DNA of 64,000 nucleotides from an uncultured Gemmatimonadaceae bacterium (lineage in GTDB: Bacteria > Gemmatimonadota > Gemmatimonadetes > Longimicrobiales > RSA9): contig CAYUIG010000002.1 of assembly GCA_964444685.1 (NCBI GenBank), positions 49,586-113,585 of the forward strand, read 5' to 3'. The notes beneath the pieces are model-generated. The model was given only the letters and a program-made list of their open reading frames with translations, was not told where the DNA came from and ran no database searches. The number at the start of each line of letters is the position of its first letter. Within the stretch, counting starts at the first letter, position 1. Shown here piece by piece: positions 59,514-64,000 of the stretch. The translations under genes were made by a program, and so were the position numbers.

Positions 59514-61306
59514 CCGTTGACATCGAGCGCCGGTGCAACCGCCTCACGACCGGCATAGGGCAGCAGCGCCGTGAACTTCTGCATGTCCCACGCGGCCGTC
59601 GGACAGCGCTCCGCGCACAGGCCGCAGTGCAGACAGAGGTTCTCGTCCTTCAGCATGAGGCGCGCGGTGTGCTTCAACGGCCCGGAGGCGAACAGGGGCT
59701 GATCCGGGTTCAGGGCCGGTGAGGTGAGGCTCACGAGCACCTCGTCCGGAGCCCCGTCCGGCGCGATCGTCAGGCAGTCGACCGGGCAGATGTCGATGCA
59801 CGCGTCGCATTCGATGCAGAGCGCATCGGTGAAGTGCGTCTGGATGTCGCAGTTGAGGCAGCGCTGGACTTCGGCTTCCGTCTGTTCCGGCGTGAAGCCC
59901 AGCTCGACTTCGACGGCGACGCTCTGGAAACGACGCCCCAGCTCGACGTGACGCATGCGCTGCCGCTCGGCCGGGCTGTAGTCGTTGCTGTAGCTCCACT
60001 CGTGCATCCCCATCTTCTGGCTCTCGAGCCGCATGCTATGGACGGGCCGCTGCGTCACGGGGATGCCCTGGCAGTACTGGTGGATCGAGATCGCGGCGTC
60101 GTGGCCGTGCGCGACCGCCCAGATGATGTTCTCCGGGCCCCACGCCGCATCGCCGCCGAAGAACACGCCGGGCAGCGTCGTCATCATCGTGTTCCGGTCC
60201 ACCACCGGCATGTCCCACTTCCCGAACTCGATGCCGATGTCGCGCTCGATCCAGGGGAACGCGTTCTCCTGGCCGATCGCGAGGATCACGACGTCGCACG
60301 GAATGACGACGGTCTCGAGCGTGCGCGACTTCTGACGGCCGTCCTCCTCGTACCACTCGACGCGGTCGAACTCCATGCCCGTTAGCTTGCCGTTCTCGAC
60401 GATGAAGCGCTTCGGCGCATGGTACTCGACGATCTCGACCTGCTCTTCCTCCGCGTCCTCCAGTTCCCACGGCGACGCCTTGAAGTCCTTGCGTCCGCGC
60501 CGCGCCATCACCTTCACATCCGTGCCGCCCAGCCGCTTCGACGTGCGGCAGCAGTCCATCGCGGTGTTGCCGACACCGATGATGAGCACGCGCGGCTGGA
60601 TCGATGTCACGTGGCCGAAGTGCACGGACTCGAGCCACTCGATGCCGATGTGAATGTCCTGCGTTTCCCATCGACCCGGCAGATCGAGCTCCTTGCCCTT
60701 CGGCGCACCCGAGCCGACGAAGATCGCGTCGTATCCTTCGCGCAGCAGCGACTCCATGCTATCGACCGGCGAGTTGAGTCGCAGGTCGGCGCCGATGTTC
60801 AGGATCGCGTCGATCTCCTCGTCGAGAACTTCCGGCGGGAGACGGAACTCGGGGATGTTCGTGCGCATCAGGCCACCGGGTCGCCCCAGCTTCTCGTAGA
60901 TCACGACCTCGTAGCCCAGCGGCAGCAGGTCATTCGCCACAGTGAGCGACGCCGGCCCTGCACCCACACACGCCACACGCTTCCCGTTCTTCACCGCCGC
61001 AGGCTTCGGCAGGCGGTCGGCGATGTCACCGCGCAGGTCGGATGCGACACGCTTCAGCCGGCAGATCGCGACCGGCTTCCCGTCCACGCGTGTACGACGG
61101 CACGCCGGCTCGCACGGACGGTCGCACGTGCGGCCCAGGATGCCCGGGAACACGTTCGACTCGCGGTTCAGCATGTACGCGTCGGCGTACCGCCCCTGCG
61201 CGATCAGTCGGATGTATTCGGGTACGTTCGTGTGCGCCGGACATGCCCACTGGCAGTCCACGACGCGGTGGTAGTAGGCCGGATCCGAGGTGTTGGTCGG
61301 CTTCAT
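59510..61306 (-). CDS. GltD-like NAD(P)H-dependent FAD oxidoreductase with C-terminal 2x[4Fe-4S] ferredoxin domain
   Basis: N-terminal Fe-S Cys cluster region (CQWACPAHT..CDRPCEPAC), dinucleotide fold VACVGAGPASLTVANDL, and C-terminal CLNCD..C..CDACIDICP plus CLHCGLCAERCP. Confidence 0.8.
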   Translation of the reverse strand: MKPTNTSDPAYYHRVVDCQWACPAHTNVPEYIRLIAQGRYADAYMLNRESNVFPGILGRTCDRPCEPACRRTRVDGKPVAICRLKRVASDLRGDIADRLPKPAAVKNGKRVACVGAGPASLTVANDLLPLGYEVVIYEKLGRPGGLMRTNIPEFRLPPEVLDEEIDAILNIGADLRLNSPVDSMESLLREGYDAIFVGSGAPKGKELDLPGRWETQDIHIGIEWLESVHFGHVTSIQPRVLIIGVGNTAMDCCRTSKRLGGTDVKVMARRGRKDFKASPWELEDAEEEQVEIVEYHAPKRFIVENGKLTGMEFDRVEWYEEDGRQKSRTLETVVIPCDVVILAIGQENAFPWIERDIGIEFGKWDMPVVDRNTMMTTLPGVFFGGDAAWGPENIIWAVAHGHDAAISIHQYCQGIPVTQRPVHSMRLESQKMGMHEWSYSNDYSPAERQRMRHVELGRRFQSVAVEVELGFTPEQTEAEVQRCLNCDIQTHFTDALCIECDACIDICPVDCLTIAPDGAPDEVLVSLTSPALNPDQPLFASGPLKHTARLMLKDENLCLHCGLCAERCPTAAWDMQKFTALLPYAGREAVAPALDVNG

Positions 61307-61364
61307 GGGACTCCCGGGTAGGGCTGGTTCGTCTACTGATACGGCGTGTCCCGCGTCAATTCAA

Positions 61365-61473
61365 GGAGTCTGGAGTCTGGGGTCTGGGGTCTGGAGTCTG
61401 GTGTCTGATTTAGTGCGGGTTTGCATCCCGCCGTAAACCAGACCCCAGACACCAGACCCCAGACTCCAGACCC
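61365..61473. repeat. family-1 element, GTCTGG-hexamer subtype (full copy)
   Basis: The left arm is GGAGTCTGGAGTCTGGGGTCTGGGGTCTGGAGTCTGGTGTCTG. The core is ATTTAGTGCGGGTTTGCATCCCGCCGTAAA. The right arm is CCAGACCCCAGACACCAGACCCCAGACTCCAGACCC. Confidence 0.9.
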
Positions 61474-61481
61474 TGAAGTTC

Positions 61482-61835
61482 TCAGAGAACCTTCGGATGG
61501 TCCGGCAGGTTCGGCACCACGCAGATGAACTCGAACGGCTCGTTCCCCGTGACCTCGTACGAATGTGGGACGCTCGCCGGGATGTAGACGACGTCGTCCG
61601 CGCCCACCTCGAACGACTCCTCGCCGATCGTGATGCGCGCTCGGCCGCGCAGGACGTACTGCTCGTGCTCGACCGTGTTCGTGTGCCGTGGCATGCCGCC
61701 GCCCGGCTGCATGATGAACCGGCGCAGCGCGAAGTTCGGCGCCTCGCCTGGCCCGATCAACACCTGCCGCACCGCCTCCTTGCCGGCCGTGACCGGCTCC
61801 CGTTCCACCGTGTCCGCCTTCCGTACGAAGCTCAT
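61482..61835 (-). CDS. cupin-domain protein
   Basis: G..PRH.H..EHE.YVL.G.......E......D.VYIP....H two-motif cupin signature. 117 aa. Confidence 0.8.
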   Translation of the reverse strand: MSFVRKADTVEREPVTAGKEAVRQVLIGPGEAPNFALRRFIMQPGGGMPRHTNTVEHEQYVLRGRARITIGEESFEVGADDVVYIPASVPHSYEVTGNEPFEFICVVPNLPDHPKVL

Positions 61836-62068
61836 GACGCCTCCGCGCTCGCCGTCGCCCGCGTGGACGGCCGGACAACCAGGGAATCGAACATGCGACG
61901 CGTCACTTCCGTGACCTCGTCGACCGCACGTTCGAACGCTGCTTCATTCACCTTCGACGGCTTCCGGTAGCCCGAGAGCTTCCGGATGTACTGGAGCGCC
62001 GCGTCCCGCAGCTCCTCGTCGGACGGTGCGCCGTCCTCCCGCCTCAGCACCTTGATGTTCCTGCACAT
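61832..62068 (-). CDS. DUF2277-like small protein
   Basis: MCRNIKVLRR....PSDEELRDAALQYIRKLSG matches the characteristic MCRNI opening of DUF2277. The track extension translates a repeat. 4-bp overlap with the cupin gene. Confidence 0.65.
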   Translation of the reverse strand: MCRNIKVLRREDGAPSDEELRDAALQYIRKLSGYRKPSKVNEAAFERAVDEVTEVTRRMFDSLVVRPSTRATASAEAS

Positions 62069-62123
62069 GTCGCCCTCGCCTCCGGTTGAACCTGCCAGTA
62101 TCCTTACCCACAAGCCCGACCCG

Positions 62124-62158
62124 CGGTCAACCAGACCCAGACTCCAGACCCCAGACTC
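62124..62158. repeat. family-1 half-element (GGTCAACCAGACCCAGACTCCAGACCCCAGACTC) ending 1 nt before a start codon
   Basis: Parallels ATTCAACCAGACCCCAGACCCCAGACCCCAGACTCGAG of the 44.3-kb copy. Confidence 0.85.
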
Positions 62159-62159
62159 G

Positions 62160-62513
62160 ATGACACGGCCCACAGTCTACCAGAAGCCCACCTGCACCAC
62201 CTGCCGCAACCTCGCCTTCTTTCTGCGCGACCGCGGCATCGACTACGACGCGGTGGACTACTTCATCGATCCGATCCCGCGGCCCAAGCTGGTAGAGCTA
62301 CTGGGCAAGATGGGCATGCCTGCGCGCGAGCTGCTGCGCCCGAAGGAATCACGGGCGCTCGGACTCGATCCGGCGAGCATGACGGACGACGAGGCGCTGG
62401 ACGCGATGACGTCGCACCCCGAGTTGATCCAGAGGCCGATCGTGGAGATCGGGGACCGCGCGGTGCTCGCGCGGCCGGTGGAGCGGATCGAGGAGATCCT
62501 GCCCCGAACCTAG
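62160..62513 (+). CDS. ArsC/Spx-family thioredoxin-fold protein
   Basis: VYQKPTCTTCRN....L...GI.Y..VDY.......L..LL........LL......Y..L............L.....L..RPIV pattern of the ArsC family. 117 aa. Confidence 0.8.
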   Translation: MTRPTVYQKPTCTTCRNLAFFLRDRGIDYDAVDYFIDPIPRPKLVELLGKMGMPARELLRPKESRALGLDPASMTDDEALDAMTSHPELIQRPIVEIGDRAVLARPVERIEEILPRT

Positions 62514-62677
62514 GGAGGGCTGCCGCCTTCCTGCTGCGTCGGTACGTCGATGTCGACGTCGATCGTGGCGTCCTGGTCCCTGCGGCCGATCACGAGCCAC
62601 ACGATCACGGCGAGCGCTGCGATCACGACCAGGATCAGGATCACGTTGCTCGTCTGCCCGTTCCCGTCATTCGCCAT
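62510..62677 (-). CDS. small single-TM protein (hypothetical)
   Basis: GGAGG RBS 6 nt before the ATG. MANDGNGQTSNVILILVVIAALAVIVWLVIGRR contains one clear TM helix. Confidence 0.4.
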   Translation of the reverse strand: MANDGNGQTSNVILILVVIAALAVIVWLVIGRRDQDATIDVDIDVPTQQEGGSPP

Positions 62678-62854
62678 CTCGACCTCCATGAGCCACACCC
62701 TGCCGGGGCGCCGCAGGCGAGCGTGCCGCGCGGCCCGGCGACCCCTGCGTAAGTCGTGCCACCGGGCGGTCGACCTTCTTGCGGCCGGAACGAGGGCGAT
62801 TCAGCTTTGGGCTGTTCCCGCAGACAGCTCGGTCGTTCCCCCTGGAGGGTCCCT

Positions 62855-64000
62855 ATGCGCAGTGCGTATGTGGTCCTGCCGTCCCTCGCCGTTCTGCTGT
62901 TCGCCGCCCCCAACGCTCGACGGCCCATACGGGACCTCCCGCTCGCAGCCCACAACGACAACCGCGTTCCTGCCGGCACGTTCCGCGACGGCGTGCTCGA
63001 GATCGACCTCGAGGTCGTGCGCGCGCGGTGGGAACCGATGGGTTCGGAGGCCGGGTCGTACGACCTCCCGGTATTCGCGGAGAAGGGACATGCGCCTTCG
63101 ATCCCTGGACCGCTCATCCGCGTTCCCGCGGGAACGCGCATTCGCGCGCGCATAACGAACACGCTCGACAAGCCGCTGGTGGTGAACGGCCTGTATGAAC
63201 GCACCGGTGGCGAACTCGAATGGATCGAAGTCGCGCCGGGCGAAACCGCAGCGCGGGAGTTCGTGGCGGATGCAGAGGGAAGCTACTTCTACGAGGGGTT
63301 GCTGCCGGGGAACGACATCGATTCGACAGGGACCGTTTCCTCCATGCTCACGGGCGCATTCATCGTCGATGCGCCGGGGACCACCGGTCCGCCGAAGGAT
63401 CGCGTCCTGATGATCGGCGTGCAGGTCGACCGCTTCACCGAAGATGGCGATCTGGATCGGACGCGCGAGCTGGTCGTCGTCAACGGTCGCCCGTGGCCGC
63501 ACACGGAGCGGCTGGAATACGCACTCGGTGACAGCATCCACTGGCGTGTGATCAACGCATCGGATGTGCCGCACCCGATGCACCTGCACGGCTTCTATTT
63601 CCGCGTCGATGCGCGCGGCGACATCGCGAAGGATACGATCTACTGGCCGCGCGAGCGCCGCATGGTCGTAACCGAGTTCCTCCAACCCTTCGAGACGATG
63701 ACGGTGGCGTGGTCGCCGGATCGGCCCGGCAGCTGGGTGTTCCACTGCCACCTGAACATCCACGTCGCAACGAATCCGGTGATCGGGCCGAACGCGCCGT
63801 CGACGCCGGAACGCATGCGCGCCCTCTCCATGGGCGAGGATGATCATGGCGATCCGCATCATCACACCGAACACGGCATGGGCGGTCTGATGATGGCCAT
63901 TCGCGTGCCGCCTCCCGAAGGCTGGCAGCCGGAGGAGCAGGCGCGCCGCGAGCTGCGTCTGTTCATTCAGAGCGATACCATCCCCGGTCAGCACCGGCGC
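62855..64000 (+). CDS. multicopper oxidase / cupredoxin-domain protein, 3-prime truncated by the window edge (absent from the supplied ORF track)
   Basis: I translated 382 codons from ATG 62855 (GGAGGG RBS) with no stop. It has a signal-like N-terminus and copper-ligand motifs HPMHLHG and HCHLNIH. The overlapping antisense track ORF 62801..63994 was rejected. Confidence 0.85.
   Translation, partial: MRSAYVVLPSLAVLLFAAPNARRPIRDLPLAAHNDNRVPAGTFRDGVLEIDLEVVRARWEPMGSEAGSYDLPVFAEKGHAPSIPGPLIRVPAGTRIRARITNTLDKPLVVNGLYERTGGELEWIEVAPGETAAREFVADAEGSYFYEGLLPGNDIDSTGTVSSMLTGAFIVDAPGTTGPPKDRVLMIGVQVDRFTEDGDLDRTRELVVVNGRPWPHTERLEYALGDSIHWRVINASDVPHPMHLHGFYFRVDARGDIAKDTIYWPRERRMVVTEFLQPFETMTVAWSPDRPGSWVFHCHLNIHVATNPVIGPNAPSTPERMRALSMGEDDHGDPHHHTEHGMGGLMMAIRVPPPEGWQPEEQARRELRLFIQSDTIPGQHRR

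Noticed and set aside
62801-63994. 397-aa minus-strand ORF
   Set aside because: It is antisense to the multicopper-oxidase reading frame, which carries HPMHLHG and HCHLNIH, a signal peptide and an RBS.

Overview
This is a 64-kb stretch of a very GC-rich bacterial chromosome. Hand counts of 60-nt samples gave 43/60 G+C inside lhr and 29/60 inside the one atypical islet. I call about 57 protein-coding genes and 2 gene remnants. I saw no rRNA, tRNA, CRISPR array, transposase, integrase or phage genes. The gene content includes three ADOP-type duplicated FtsX permeases without an ATPase partner, a choice-of-anchor-B protein, KorAB, a PQQ dehydrogenase and many predicted lipoproteins. That suggests a Gemmatimonadota/Acidobacteriota-like soil organism, but this is inference only. 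The main blocks are as follows. (1) 0.5-7.2 kb holds secreted paralogs, dinB and a PQQ dehydrogenase. (2) 7.2-12.7 kb is a signalling cluster with two LytS-type kinase/LytTR regulator pairs flanking a lone Hpt gene, followed by a REC-HD-GYP regulator. (3) 13.5-17.6 kb holds GT2 and FkbM envelope genes and an L,D-transpeptidase. (4) 17.6-22.1 kb is a minus-strand cluster of lipoprotein, TPR protein, receiver-less sigma-54 activator and TPR-HD-GYP protein. (5) 22.5-34 kb holds ADOP permeases, tandem lipoproteins, tandem cation/proton antiporters and an NtrC/NtrB-like pair. (6) 34-39.5 kb holds PadR-SHOCT, charged small proteins, a serpin, an LEA_2-like lipoprotein, a 624-bp ORF-free repeat locus and a DUF4105 gene. 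(7) 39.8-50.2 kb holds korAB, a BBE-type FAD oxidase, a GNAT, the choice-of-anchor-B protein and a third ADOP permease. (8) 50.3-55.6 kb is an lhr-nei operon. (9) 55.6-59.5 kb is a low-GC accessory islet with a split secreted-protein gene, a Phd/VapC toxin-antitoxin pair, a methyltransferase, and remnants of an APC permease and an H+-PPase. (10) 59.5-64 kb holds a GltD-like Fe-S flavoprotein, cupin, DUF2277, an ArsC-family protein, and a multicopper oxidase that runs off the window and is missing from the ORF track. I found no recognisable defence system, biosynthetic cluster or prophage. The most unusual content is non-coding. Two dispersed families of repeat elements have arms built from short tandem units. 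Both sit at gene ends, some copies double as terminator hairpins, and each family has one in-frame insertion inside a conserved gene (a histidine kinase and lhr). A repeat-dense ORF-free locus at 38.1-38.7 kb carries a ~21-bp periodic array. All functional calls come from motif recognition by eye, with no database search.
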